DNA of 64,000 bases from a bacterium (GTDB taxonomy: Bacteria; UBA10199; JACPAL01; GCA-016699445). The notes below the pieces were generated by a model. It was not told the DNA's origin and searched no databases. It worked only from the letters and a program-made list of their open reading frames with translations. Positions 50,725 to 60,112 of the stretch are shown in pieces. The stretch spans positions 105-64,104 of the forward strand of contig DASUFF010000173.1 of NCBI GenBank assembly GCA_036274695.1, given 5' to 3'. The translations under genes and the position numbers were made by a program. Within the stretch, counting starts at the first letter, position 1; every line of letters begins with the position of its first letter.

Positions 50725-51755
50725 ATTCGGCGAGAAACCAGCGAAGCGGCCTGCGGAGGTAAAAGGGAGATCCCGGCCTCCAACGCCTTTTTCCACTGTT
50801 TGCCCCCCTCGCGCGCCTCTTGAAACGCCTTCTTCAATTCCATCGGGCGCTCGTCCGCACACGCCGTAATCAGACGCTCGGCTTGAACCACGTCCTTTTT
50901 CTTTTTCGCGTCCTCCGTCACCGATCGTCGCTGGCTGACGGTCAGCTTATGGGCGGCGAAACGGCAGGGATCCGGGACCGTCACCGGAACGCCTCCCCAA
51001 GGGACGACGAGAACCGCCCGGATGGGATCCTTGAGAAGAAAGTCCAGGAAGGGAAGAGCCTCCGCTCCGACGTCCTCCATACCCACGGCTTTATAAGAAG
51101 GTCTCGGCTTTCCTCGTTGCGGGACGAGGAAATCGATCCGAAGCCCGTTCGGCGCGACGAAACGGCTGGCGAGTTGTTTCAAAGAAAGCGGAGGGATCGG
51201 CCGGAACTCTTCGGGCAAGACCTCTTTGGATTTCTTCAGGGGCCGGTCTTTCGGATGGAGTCGCGCGTCTCCGAGTACGTCGATATCGAGGGTTCGAACG
51301 GAGTTTTTGTCGAACAGCCGACCCAAAACGCCGGCGTAAGCCATGAAAGCGTAGGAACCGATCAAGACGCCGGAGCGATCGATGAGGCCGTGAGAGGACA
51401 ACGTCTCCAGAACCGCGCTCGAATCGGCGTCCGGGAAGGGAAGGCCGGCGCGTCTTAAGGCGGCGGAACGCCTTTCTTCGTCGGAACGCATTTTTTTGAT
51501 CAGCTCTTTCCTCTCCCTCCGCGCTTTGCGATATGCCTCCGCGCGCGCGTCGGACGCCGCATCCGAAGGCCCTTCATAGGTTTGTCGGGCTTGACCTTCC
51601 ACGTAACGTTGTCGGTACCAGTAGGATTTCCCCTTTACCGTTTTCCGGACGAGCGTCTCTTCCTGCGCTTCCGTCCTTTCGAGATCGAAACGCACGAAGA
51701 CCGCTTCCTGAAATTCCGCGAAGAGATTGCGAATGGCCAGGTCCAAGGTCGGCAT
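50721..51755 (-). CDS. hypothetical protein with pol-beta-superfamily nucleotidyltransferase-like motif
   Basis: GSYAFMAYAGV...(x20)...LDIDVL resembles the hG[GS]-x9-13-[DE]h[DE] NTase signature. Otherwise unrecognised. Confidence 0.4.
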   Translation of the reverse strand: MPTLDLAIRNLFAEFQEAVFVRFDLERTEAQEETLVRKTVKGKSYWYRQRYVEGQARQTYEGPSDAASDARAEAYRKARRERKELIKKMRSDEERRSAALRRAGLPFPDADSSAVLETLSSHGLIDRSGVLIGSYAFMAYAGVLGRLFDKNSVRTLDIDVLGDARLHPKDRPLKKSKEVLPEEFRPIPPLSLKQLASRFVAPNGLRIDFLVPQRGKPRPSYKAVGMEDVGAEALPFLDFLLKDPIRAVLVVPWGGVPVTVPDPCRFAAHKLTVSQRRSVTEDAKKKKDVVQAERLITACADERPMELKKAFQEAREGGKQWKKALEAGISLLPPQAASLVSRRI

Positions 51756-51756
51756 G

Positions 51757-51800
51757 GTTATACGTTATAATTTATAATTATCTACTTTTCAACGTATAAC
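51757..51800. promoter_or_regulatory. AT-rich operator-like palindrome at the start of the 50721-51755 gene
   Basis: Perfect 10-bp inverted repeat GTTATACGTT ... AACGTATAAC flanking a 24-nt AT-only spacer (ATAATTTATAATTAT...). AT-rich island in a 65% GC context. Confidence 0.45.
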
Positions 51801-51905
51801 TTTTCTTTCAGCCCGCTACCGGGGGACTCGCATAGATTGTGAATGCCTGACACTCACACTTTAACAACCCCATAAAAATTAGCCTCTGATTTCAAGCAAT
51901 TAGAT

Positions 51906-51921
51906 TGGCATCGTGATTGCT
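51906..51921 (+). promoter_or_regulatory. sigma-54 promoter TGGCAT-cgtga-TTGCT
   Basis: Same -24/-12 hexamers as the promoters at 47861 and 57368. Followed by a ~285-nt leader before the lipoprotein gene. Confidence 0.45.
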
Positions 51922-52204
51922 CCTTCACGTCTTCAACGAGGAGGCGAGCCTGAGAGCCGGCGGTGCGAACGAAAAAATCCAAGACGGACTCGGCGCGCTT
52001 TCCAGGGAATGAGGATTTAAAATTTAAAGTTTGAGGAGACCCGCTAAGTCCCAACCTCGCGATCATGGTGATTGCGGGGCGACTGCCCATCCCCCAGCGG
52101 GTCTCCTCTTTTCCGGTTGAAAAAGACGATGCAAAGTCTTCGATTTTCTTCTGGAAACTCGTTGCCTATACTGGTCGATAATAGAACCGAAGAAGGGCTT
52201 AACT

Positions 52205-53080
52205 ATGCGTTTGCGGTCGTTTTCATCTCTGAGCGTCCTCTTGGCGTTATCGCTCTTAGGCTCTTCCGTTCTTCTGACCGGCTGTCCGGCCGCCTTTGCG
52301 CCCACCAATCCTCTGGCCGCGAGCCGCGCGGATTCCAACGTAACTCCCGGCGGCGGGAATAATGAGGACTCCGGCGAGGCTCCGGCGTCCGTCGTCGATC
52401 CTTCCGGTCCTGCGGCGGACGGCGCGAATCCGGCCTCCGGCGGCCCGTTCGGGATTCCTTCCCAACAAGACGGCAAGGGCGGCGACATCGCCTCCAATGC
52501 GAACAGCGGTACGATCGCCGCGGCCGGCGACACGGCCGACGCGGGCAAAGAGAGGCTGACGATCACGTTCCGGAAGGTCCGCTACGGCCACAACCTGAAA
52601 GGCCAGCTGCCGGACCCTCCCGCCACGGGATTTCTCTCCGCCAACCCGCAAGGGCCGACCGATCTCCCGCTTTTGATCGGCTACCTCAGCGCCAACAGCC
52701 AGCTCCTGAAGGGTTATCCGGAAGGTTCGCAGATACGTTTGATCTTTTATCCGGAAGTCATCACCAAGCCGACGACTTATGTGGACGGCGGGCCGATGAA
52801 CGCCTTCAACGCCCCGGTCAAAGCCGCCGACGGACCGAATTTCCTCTTCAACGATCTCGACCTCGGCAAGGGAACGCTCGAAATCTATTCCTTCGAAGAC
52901 CCGATTTACGACGAGACGGGCAGCTACGCGATGGCGCACACCGCCGATTACCACGAGGGGGATTTGATTCCCTTCGCCGACCCGTCCCAGTTGACCGATT
53001 TCCTCAACGACACCCTGCACGTCCACCACGTCGGCACCTTCAAGGTGATCTACGGCTACGCGACCGGAAATCCGCACTAG
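52205..53080 (+). CDS. putative lipoprotein
   Basis: Signal peptide with LLTGC lipobox, Gly/Ala/Pro-rich linker, then a globular domain. Confidence 0.55.
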   Translation: MRLRSFSSLSVLLALSLLGSSVLLTGCPAAFAPTNPLAASRADSNVTPGGGNNEDSGEAPASVVDPSGPAADGANPASGGPFGIPSQQDGKGGDIASNANSGTIAAAGDTADAGKERLTITFRKVRYGHNLKGQLPDPPATGFLSANPQGPTDLPLLIGYLSANSQLLKGYPEGSQIRLIFYPEVITKPTTYVDGGPMNAFNAPVKAADGPNFLFNDLDLGKGTLEIYSFEDPIYDETGSYAMAHTADYHEGDLIPFADPSQLTDFLNDTLHVHHVGTFKVIYGYATGNPH

Positions 53081-53083
53081 AGA

Positions 53084-56000
53084 TTAACCCAGAGCCTTCT
53101 CGATCATCTCCTTGAGCGACGCCGCCCCCGGGTCGATGCCCGCCCGCTCCAGGCGGGCGTAGAGGCTCCGCCGCGAGATTCCCAAGGCCTTGGCCGCCTT
53201 GCCCTTGTGGTAGCACTGGTCGCGCAACGCCTTGAGCGTCTCCGTGACGATCGGAGGGAGAGAGTCTTTCGAAACCGCTACCGAAGCGGAACCGCCACTC
53301 CCCGAAAAAGAAGGGGACGAAGTCCCCCCCTCGAAGAGGGCCGGCTTGAACGACAGCGACGCCCGCGTGATCGTTCCTTTCTCCGCGAACAGGACGGCCG
53401 TCTCCAGGGTGTTCTGAAGTTCCCGAATATTACCCGGCCACGCATAGCCCATGAAGATCCGGAGGACACCGGGCTCGAGCTTCACCGGCGTCTTGCTCTC
53501 CCGTCCGCCGATCCTTTTCAAAAAATGCTCCGCCAGGAGCGGCAGGTCTTCCAGGCGTTCGCGCAGGGGAGGGAGCTTCACGGTGATGCCGTTCAAGCGG
53601 TAGAAGAGATCTTCGCGGAATTTTCCTTCGGCCACCAGCGCGCGCAGGTCCTTGTTGGAGGCCGAAACCACGCGGGCGTCCACGCGCACGGGCTCGGCGG
53701 CGCCGATGGGACGCACCTCGCCCTCTTGCAAGAAACGCAGGAGCTTGGCCTGGAGGTTCAGGCTCATGTCGGCGATCTCGTCCAAAAAGACCGTGCCGCC
53801 GTCGGCGTATTGGAGGAGGCCTTTCTTGTCGGAGACGGCGTGCGTGAAGGCGCCTTTCTTATGGCCGAAGAGCTCGCTTTCCAAGAGGGACTCGGGCAAA
53901 GCGCTGCAATTCTCGGTGACGAAGGCCTTCTTCGAGCGGCCGCTGTTGAAGTGCAGGGCGCGCGCGATGGCCTCCTTGCCGGTGCCGGATTCGCCGTAGA
54001 TCCAGACGGGGATCTTGGCGTCGGTGATGCGGTCGACGACGGAGAGGACCTCCACCATCTTGGGCGAGCGCCCGACGATGTCGCCGTATTCCTTCTTCAA
54101 GATCATCCGCGTGCGGTTGACCTCTTTCTGGAGGTTCTGCACCTCGCCTTCCTGTTCGCCGATCTTGACCTCCATCTCGGTGTTCCGTTTTTTAAGCCCC
54201 TCGATCATCTTCGCCTTTTGAAGCGCGAGGGCCGCGATCCCGGCGAAGGCCTTCAGCACGTCCAAAATCTCGCCCTCGAAGAGGCCCTTTTGGAAACGGT
54301 GGTCGAGATAGAAGACCCCCAGGACGCCATCCGGACCGGTGACCGGCAGGGCCAGGATGGATTTGAGCTGGAGGAGCTGGACGCTCTTGGCCTCGCGAAA
54401 GGCCGGATCGATCATCGCGTTGTCGGTGACGACGGCGTCTCCCGTCTGCAGGGCGCGGCGCACCGCGGAAAGGCTGAAGCTGTAGAGATCCGTGCCGAGG
54501 TCCTCCTTCGCGACGTTCCTCGCCACCGCGATGTCGAATCCCGGAATGGGGCCGTTCGGAACGTCGCTGCGGAGGACCAAAAATCCGTTCTCGGCCCCCG
54601 CGATCCTCATCGCCGAGTCCATCAGGCGCTCCAGCACGCGCTGCATGTCGTCCTCTTTCAGGAGGGATTGATTGAGTTCCATCAGAATGGGCAGGACCTG
54701 GGTCATGGGACTGTCTCCTTTCGGTTTTTTCTCGGCGGGAACGGCCGATCGGTTTTTCCAATCCCCGCGTTCCACGAACGTCACCTGGAATTCGGTCGGC
54801 AACGACTCGTAGATCCGTTGGAGGACGTCGGCGGGGAGGGCGTCGGTCCCGTCGCGCAGGGCCGCGAGCCTCTTGGACGTTTCGGCGGCGAGAGCGCGGC
54901 CGTTGGGCCCCGCGGCTTCCATCTCCTTCAAGGCCTCCGCGGCCTTGGCGAAGCGTCCGAGCGAGGCCTCCGTCACCGCCAGCTCCTTCCGGTTCTGGAT
55001 CCATTCCTCGATCCCGCCGATGAAACGCAGGACGTCCCCCGCGCGCCGGAGCGATTCCCAGGACGCGGCCAGATGGCCACGGGCTCGCTCGAGCACGCCC
55101 TGGTTGTTGTGGGCGACGGCCTGGCGCAGGTCCGAGCCCGCTTCGCGCGCGAAGCCTTCCGCCGCCGCGTAGGCCGACGCCGCCGGTTCGATCTTTCCGT
55201 GATCGAGGGCGAGGTTGCCCTCCTCGAGGGACGTCCAAAAAAGCCCTTCCAAATGATGCTCGGAGGCGTAAAGCGCCCGCGCTTCGCCGAGCAGCCGGCG
55301 GGCCGCCTCCCAATCGCCGCCCCGCGAGCGGAGGGTGGCCAGGGTTCTCAAGGCCTCGGCCTTGAGCGCCGGAGCGGCGTCCGAGACCCCGATCTTTTCC
55401 AGACAGGCGACGGCCTCGGGCAGGCGCCCGCGCCGGAGCTCTTCGAGTCCGAGCAGCGAGAGGGCCTTCAGGCGGAAGGGACGCGTGCCGCGCTCGTCCG
55501 GCAAGCCGACGCCGGTCTTGAGCCTCTCGATGGCCTCGTCGCTTCTTCCCAAGTTCTGGCAGGCCTGGCCGGTCACCAGCCAGTACTTGGCGGTGCGCAC
55601 GGCGTCCGTTTCATCGCCGGCGCGAAGGTGAAACCAGTCCTCGCAGGAGGTCAACGCTTCTTCACGGCGTCCGAGGTCGTTCAAGAGGTTGGTCCTCATT
55701 CTTAAGAGGCGCGATTTTTCGTCGGGCTTCGAAACGAGGGGCAGGACGCGCTCGACCAAGGCCAGCGCCGGGGCGTAGCGGCGCCGGCGGCGGAGGTCTT
55801 CGGCGATCTCGCGCGCCTCGGGACCGGCGGCGTCGGCGTCGCCCGATGCGACGGCCCGAATCAGAGAGGGCGGGACGAAGCGATCGTCCAAGGGCCTCTC
55901 GCGCGAGGCCTGGTCCCTCAAGAAACTCCTCCACTCGCCGGCCAGACGGCCCTCGCGCACCAGTTTTTTTTGGGCGAGGAAGCGGATGCGCTCCACGAGC

Positions 56001-57265
56001 CGCGCCGGATTTCCCGCCGTATCCTCGAAGAGAGTCGCCGCCGCCTCGGCCGCGGCCCGGGGGCCGAAGGCGAGGGCGATCAGCGATTCGGTCTCGGCCC
56101 CGTCCAGATCCCTCAAGGCGACGTCGATCGTTTCCGGATTTTTCAGCAGCTCGCGGACGAGGCGGGCGAAGGGTTCCGGCTGGGCGTCATCGCTCCACGT
56201 CACGAGGACCAAGCCCGGCTTGGGTTCGCGAAGGCGGTGATAGAGGCGGGAGAGCTCGTCGGGGGCGAGGAACTCCGCGCCGTCGAAGACCTCCACCGGG
56301 ACATCGCGAAGCCGGCCTTCCAAAGACACCTCGCGCGCGAACCGCGATTTGCCGCTGCCGGAGGGACCGTGAACGGCCAGGAGGAGCGGCGACGACGAGG
56401 CGGCTGCGCGGGAAAGTGCGTCCTGGATTTTCTTCCAGGCGTCCTCGGCGCCGATCATGCGCGCCGGATGGAACTCCGAGAGGGCGGCGGCCCCGTCGGA
56501 ACGCCCGGTCTGCAGGGCGTTCCGGATTTCGCGGGCGCCCGAAAAGCGCTCGGAAGGGGAGACGGCCAGCATCCGTTCGATCACCCGCGCCGCGAGCGGA
56601 TGAGCGGCGGCGAACGCGGGGGCGGATTCGAGGAAAGGATCGGCCGGCCGTTCGAGGAAATCCCGCAGGCTCCGGCACCCGAGACGCGGATGCCGCCCGG
56701 CCAGCGCTTCGTAGAAAACGGTGGCGTACGAAAACAGGTCGCCCGAGGGCAGGCGATGCCCGTCGATCCGCTCCGGCGCCATGTAGGGGAGGGTGGCCAT
56801 CTCCAGGCGGGCCTCGTCGCCGAAGCCGATGGAGAGGTCCACGAGGCGCAGCCGTCCCTCGCGGTCGATCAAAAGATTGGAGGGGGAGAGATCGCCGTGG
56901 AGGAGGCCCTGCGTGTGGAGGGCGTCCAGCGCGTCCAGGCCTTCGAGGAACCAGTGGAGGATTTTTTCCGCGCCGGCGCCGCGCGCGGCGTTCAGGATCC
57001 CGTCCCCGTCCACGAACTCCATCCAGTAGGCGGGGCCGCGGTCGTCTCCGAAAATCTCGCGGCTGTCGGTGGCGAACCCCAGGACCGGCACCAACGAGGG
57101 ATTTTGAAGACGGGTCAGGACGCGCACTTCATGCGCGAAGACGGCGGACGAACGCCCCTTGGGCAGGAGCTTCAAGGCGACACGCCGGCCTTCCGGAGAG
57201 ATCGCATCGAAGACCTCGCCCATGCCGCCGGAGGTCAAAGCCGTCAGGGATGTCCAGGCACACAC
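53084..57265 (-). CDS. multidomain regulator: Ser/Thr protein kinase, P-loop (STAND-like) NTPase, TPR repeats, GAF, sigma-54 interaction AAA+ domain, Fis-type HTH
   Basis: Kinase HGDLSPSNLL..DLS(DFG-like). GPSGSGKS P-loop. Long TPR region. GAF domain. GESGTGKE/GAFTHA/ESELFGH sigma-54 activator motifs. C-terminal AKALGISRRSLYARL. Confidence 0.8.
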   Translation of the reverse strand: MCAWTSLTALTSGGMGEVFDAISPEGRRVALKLLPKGRSSAVFAHEVRVLTRLQNPSLVPVLGFATDSREIFGDDRGPAYWMEFVDGDGILNAARGAGAEKILHWFLEGLDALDALHTQGLLHGDLSPSNLLIDREGRLRLVDLSIGFGDEARLEMATLPYMAPERIDGHRLPSGDLFSYATVFYEALAGRHPRLGCRSLRDFLERPADPFLESAPAFAAAHPLAARVIERMLAVSPSERFSGAREIRNALQTGRSDGAAALSEFHPARMIGAEDAWKKIQDALSRAAASSSPLLLAVHGPSGSGKSRFAREVSLEGRLRDVPVEVFDGAEFLAPDELSRLYHRLREPKPGLVLVTWSDDAQPEPFARLVRELLKNPETIDVALRDLDGAETESLIALAFGPRAAAEAAATLFEDTAGNPARLVERIRFLAQKKLVREGRLAGEWRSFLRDQASRERPLDDRFVPPSLIRAVASGDADAAGPEAREIAEDLRRRRRYAPALALVERVLPLVSKPDEKSRLLRMRTNLLNDLGRREEALTSCEDWFHLRAGDETDAVRTAKYWLVTGQACQNLGRSDEAIERLKTGVGLPDERGTRPFRLKALSLLGLEELRRGRLPEAVACLEKIGVSDAAPALKAEALRTLATLRSRGGDWEAARRLLGEARALYASEHHLEGLFWTSLEEGNLALDHGKIEPAASAYAAAEGFAREAGSDLRQAVAHNNQGVLERARGHLAASWESLRRAGDVLRFIGGIEEWIQNRKELAVTEASLGRFAKAAEALKEMEAAGPNGRALAAETSKRLAALRDGTDALPADVLQRIYESLPTEFQVTFVERGDWKNRSAVPAEKKPKGDSPMTQVLPILMELNQSLLKEDDMQRVLERLMDSAMRIAGAENGFLVLRSDVPNGPIPGFDIAVARNVAKEDLGTDLYSFSLSAVRRALQTGDAVVTDNAMIDPAFREAKSVQLLQLKSILALPVTGPDGVLGVFYLDHRFQKGLFEGEILDVLKAFAGIAALALQKAKMIEGLKKRNTEMEVKIGEQEGEVQNLQKEVNRTRMILKKEYGDIVGRSPKMVEVLSVVDRITDAKIPVWIYGESGTGKEAIARALHFNSGRSKKAFVTENCSALPESLLESELFGHKKGAFTHAVSDKKGLLQYADGGTVFLDEIADMSLNLQAKLLRFLQEGEVRPIGAAEPVRVDARVVSASNKDLRALVAEGKFREDLFYRLNGITVKLPPLRERLEDLPLLAEHFLKRIGGRESKTPVKLEPGVLRIFMGYAWPGNIRELQNTLETAVLFAEKGTITRASLSFKPALFEGGTSSPSFSGSGGSASVAVSKDSLPPIVTETLKALRDQCYHKGKAAKALGISRRSLYARLERAGIDPGAASLKEMIEKALG

Positions 57266-57367
57266 ACCGCAGAGGATACTATCAAACTGTGAATGTGTCT
57301 ATCGCCCGTGACACTCACATGAGGGCATCGAAAAGGCTCTCTTCTTTTAAAATCAAGTAGTTATGCT

Positions 57368-57383
57368 TGGCATCCTGATTGCT
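57368..57383 (+). promoter_or_regulatory. sigma-54 promoter TGGCAT-cctga-TTGCT
   Basis: 27 nt upstream of ATG 57410 with GGAAGGAG SD. Divergent from the kinase-EBP gene. Confidence 0.55.
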
Positions 57384-57409
57384 CTTTAACCCTCCCGGAA
57401 GGAGCAATT

Positions 57410-58078
57410 ATGGGAAACGACAAGTGCGACGCCTTGGGAGGAATCAGCGGTCCGGACGTGTGCGCCTTCGACACGCCGGAGGGCGGGTTCACCGTCCAGG
57501 CCCTTTCCTGCGATAAGAACGCCTTCGCCCAGGTTCAAGACGCGGCATTTACGAAAGAGGATCTGGCGACGATCAGCCGTGTCACCAACTCGAACGCCCT
57601 CGTCACCTTCGCCCTTTGCACCGACTCCTACCGCAGCGGCGTCCTCGGCATCGCCCCGGACGCCCTGGCCAAGCAGCACGACTCCAGCCTGAAGCTCTTT
57701 CGGCAAAAATGCGGGACGTCCGGCATGGACAAGGCCAAGTGCGACGCCGTCGACAAGACCGCCGAGGAGAATGCCCCCGAGAAGGAGCATTGGATCTGGG
57801 AATGGTTCCGGGAAATGCGCACGGGCATCTTCTTCGCCGCCGGCGCCATCCTCTTGGACCGGATTTTCCGGAAGCCGACCGACAAGGGCGGCGGCCAGGG
57901 GTTGAGTTCCGAGACTCCGACGACGACCGTCACCGCCGAAGATTTTAAAAAACTTTACGCCGACCCGATGTCCGCCGGCGCCCTCGACTTCGCCGCCGGT
58001 TCGGCGCCGTCGGCGAAAACCTTAATCGCCCCCGTCGCAATGCCCTTGGGAGGGGCGATCCTCGTTCCGGCTTATTGA
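57410..58078 (+). CDS. hypothetical Cys-rich protein with central TM segment
   Basis: 222 aa. N-terminal domain with 8 Cys, hydrophobic segment GIFFAAGAILL. No signal peptide. Confidence 0.5.
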   Translation: MGNDKCDALGGISGPDVCAFDTPEGGFTVQALSCDKNAFAQVQDAAFTKEDLATISRVTNSNALVTFALCTDSYRSGVLGIAPDALAKQHDSSLKLFRQKCGTSGMDKAKCDAVDKTAEENAPEKEHWIWEWFREMRTGIFFAAGAILLDRIFRKPTDKGGGQGLSSETPTTTVTAEDFKKLYADPMSAGALDFAAGSAPSAKTLIAPVAMPLGGAILVPAY

Positions 58079-58093
58079 AAAGGAAATTCCACC

Positions 58094-59551
58094 ATGGGCA
58101 CTTCGATCCTATTTCCCAATCCTCTCATAAACGCCGGCGGCCTCGGCATGCGCTCGGTCGCCGTGACGGCGGACGCTCCGTTCGGCTTCGCCAAGGCGAC
58201 CTTCGAGCCGGTGGCGGGGACGGGCGGGCCGGCGGGCCCTCAGGTCCCGGGCGCGTTCAGCATCACCGCCGGCCTTTTGACCAGCGTTTTGGCGCCCAAA
58301 CTTTTCGACAAATACGTCACGCAGGACCTGCTGGTCCGTAACGGACTTCTTCCTCAAGGAGCGGCTCCGTTCGTAAACCTCGGCGGCTCCCTGGGCATGG
58401 CCGAACTGCTCCGCGCCGGGGGCTTAAGCCCGGTCGGCGCCTTGGGCGCCTTGAAGATGATGCCGCTGCTCACGGGACTCCGCCTCTTCCTAGATCCCGT
58501 CGCCTTCGATCTCCTGGGAGTTCCGAGGGACGCGTTCACGGAAACCGCCGTCGACGCCGCCTCCATGGCGCCTCTCTTTTTCGCCCAACAGTCGCCCTTG
58601 GCCGCGAGCCTCTTGGGACTCGGGGAAGGGGCCACGCTCCTCACTCCGGGGGTCTGGGTTTCGGCGCTGGGGAAGGTCAAGCTGATCGACGTCGCCTCCG
58701 GCCTCGGCGTGACCTACGGCGCCCGGCTCTACTTCGGCCTGTCCAGCGACCGCCCGGACCTCGATACGGGCCTTTGGGATTTGAGCGTCGCCAGTGTTCA
58801 CGAAACCGTTTCGGAGGAACTCGCCCTCGGCAAATATTTGCCCAACCTCGCGGCCGCCTCCGTCACCATCGTCTCCCTCTGGAGCGACTATGTCTGGAAG
58901 GTGGACGCCGCCGACTCCATGCGCGCCAAGATCGAGGCCAAATTTGATCAGAAGATGGAAACCATCCGCTCCCAGGCGGACGCCCTCGGAAAATTCCTCG
59001 ATCAGAACCTGGCGGGTGCCGTCGCACAAAACATCCGGCAGGACCCGTCCGGCGGCTTCTCCGTCGATTGGGACGGCGTCCGTCGCTCCGTCAAGGCGTT
59101 CTATCACTCGAGCGACAACAAGGAGCTGGGTCCCGCCTACGATTTCGTCGAGGGAAACCGTGAGCTTCTGGGATTCAAGGACGCCCTCACCCTGACCGCT
59201 CTGGTGGACCGGGACGGAAACATCGCCGACCTGGAGGACTTCAAAAAATATTTTTACGTCAAATTCGCCCTCGAGAGACGGGAACTGGAAAAGGATCTCG
59301 AGGCGAAGGCCTGGGAACTGGAAGTCGTGGAAGAGGAGGACGGCCGGGTCCGCCTCAAAACCCCCGAAGCTCCGGACGGCGCCGAAGGAGAGGGCGGCTT
59401 TTCGGCCGAAAACCCCGATTCGCCGGAGGCGTTTTATTTCCGGCAGGTCGCCTTCGTAAACGGCGACGCCGCCGCCCTTTCGCGGCGCATTCTGCTTTTG
59501 TCGATCCTCGAAGGACTTTTGAAGACCGAAGGAGACTCCCATGCCCGATAA
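58094..59551 (+). CDS. hypothetical protein
   Basis: 485 aa. Gly/Ala/Leu-rich N-terminal half and charged C-terminal half. 16-nt spacer to the upstream gene. Confidence 0.5.
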   Translation: MGTSILFPNPLINAGGLGMRSVAVTADAPFGFAKATFEPVAGTGGPAGPQVPGAFSITAGLLTSVLAPKLFDKYVTQDLLVRNGLLPQGAAPFVNLGGSLGMAELLRAGGLSPVGALGALKMMPLLTGLRLFLDPVAFDLLGVPRDAFTETAVDAASMAPLFFAQQSPLAASLLGLGEGATLLTPGVWVSALGKVKLIDVASGLGVTYGARLYFGLSSDRPDLDTGLWDLSVASVHETVSEELALGKYLPNLAAASVTIVSLWSDYVWKVDAADSMRAKIEAKFDQKMETIRSQADALGKFLDQNLAGAVAQNIRQDPSGGFSVDWDGVRRSVKAFYHSSDNKELGPAYDFVEGNRELLGFKDALTLTALVDRDGNIADLEDFKKYFYVKFALERRELEKDLEAKAWELEVVEEEDGRVRLKTPEAPDGAEGEGGFSAENPDSPEAFYFRQVAFVNGDAAALSRRILLLSILEGLLKTEGDSHAR

Positions 59552-60095
59552 CAAGAAAATAGTTCCGTCCGCGCCCGTCTTCGGAGGCATCTGCACGCCG
59601 GACGGGGATTATGAAATCGCCCCGGAGGATACCGGAAGCGGCGGGATCAAGACGGTCGACACGTACATCGCCCCGGCCTTCAAGGACCTTCACGTCCTGA
59701 TCGAAGAATTGATCGTCGCCGAGTTGCAGCGCCCGAAATACGACTCCGTTTGGAACGAATACGGCTTCGCGGGCATCGTGGACCTGCACGACCGGCTGCG
59801 AACGGAGCTTAGGTCCGAGTTCAGCGCCCGCATGGGCTGGTTGGGCGTCGCGGAATTCCTGGACGCGCCCGCGGGCTCTTATCAGGACATGGCCTCCTCC
59901 CTGGAAGCAGCGGCTCAATACGTCTTCGACAAGGTTCCCCCTCAAGCGCCTCCACGAGGCGCCGACCGCCTCAAACCCCGCTTCGAAGACCGGTCGAAGG
60001 CCTTCGAAAAAGGCGAAAGCGCGAGGAAAGTCTCCGAAGACGCGCTCCAGACCAAAAGGGGAAAACCGGAAGCCCGCGAAAAACTTTTCAAATAA
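59541..60095 (+). CDS. hypothetical protein
   Basis: 184 aa. Overlaps the upstream gene by 11 nt, suggesting translational coupling. Confidence 0.45.
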   Translation: MPDNKKIVPSAPVFGGICTPDGDYEIAPEDTGSGGIKTVDTYIAPAFKDLHVLIEELIVAELQRPKYDSVWNEYGFAGIVDLHDRLRTELRSEFSARMGWLGVAEFLDAPAGSYQDMASSLEAAAQYVFDKVPPQAPPRGADRLKPRFEDRSKAFEKGESARKVSEDALQTKRGKPEAREKLFK

Positions 60096-60112
60096 CGACG
60101 AAGGAGCGATTT

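Noticed and set aside
52072-52362. 96-aa ORF in the leader upstream of the lipoprotein gene
   Set aside because: Overlaps the structured inverted-repeat element and the lipoprotein start. No SD. More likely non-coding leader.
54192-57360. Long Arg-rich ORFs (373 aa minus, 504 aa plus) inside or antisense to the kinase-EBP gene
   Set aside because: Low-complexity R/G/P composition, characteristic of out-of-frame or antisense translation of GC-rich coding DNA. The in-frame product has clear domains.
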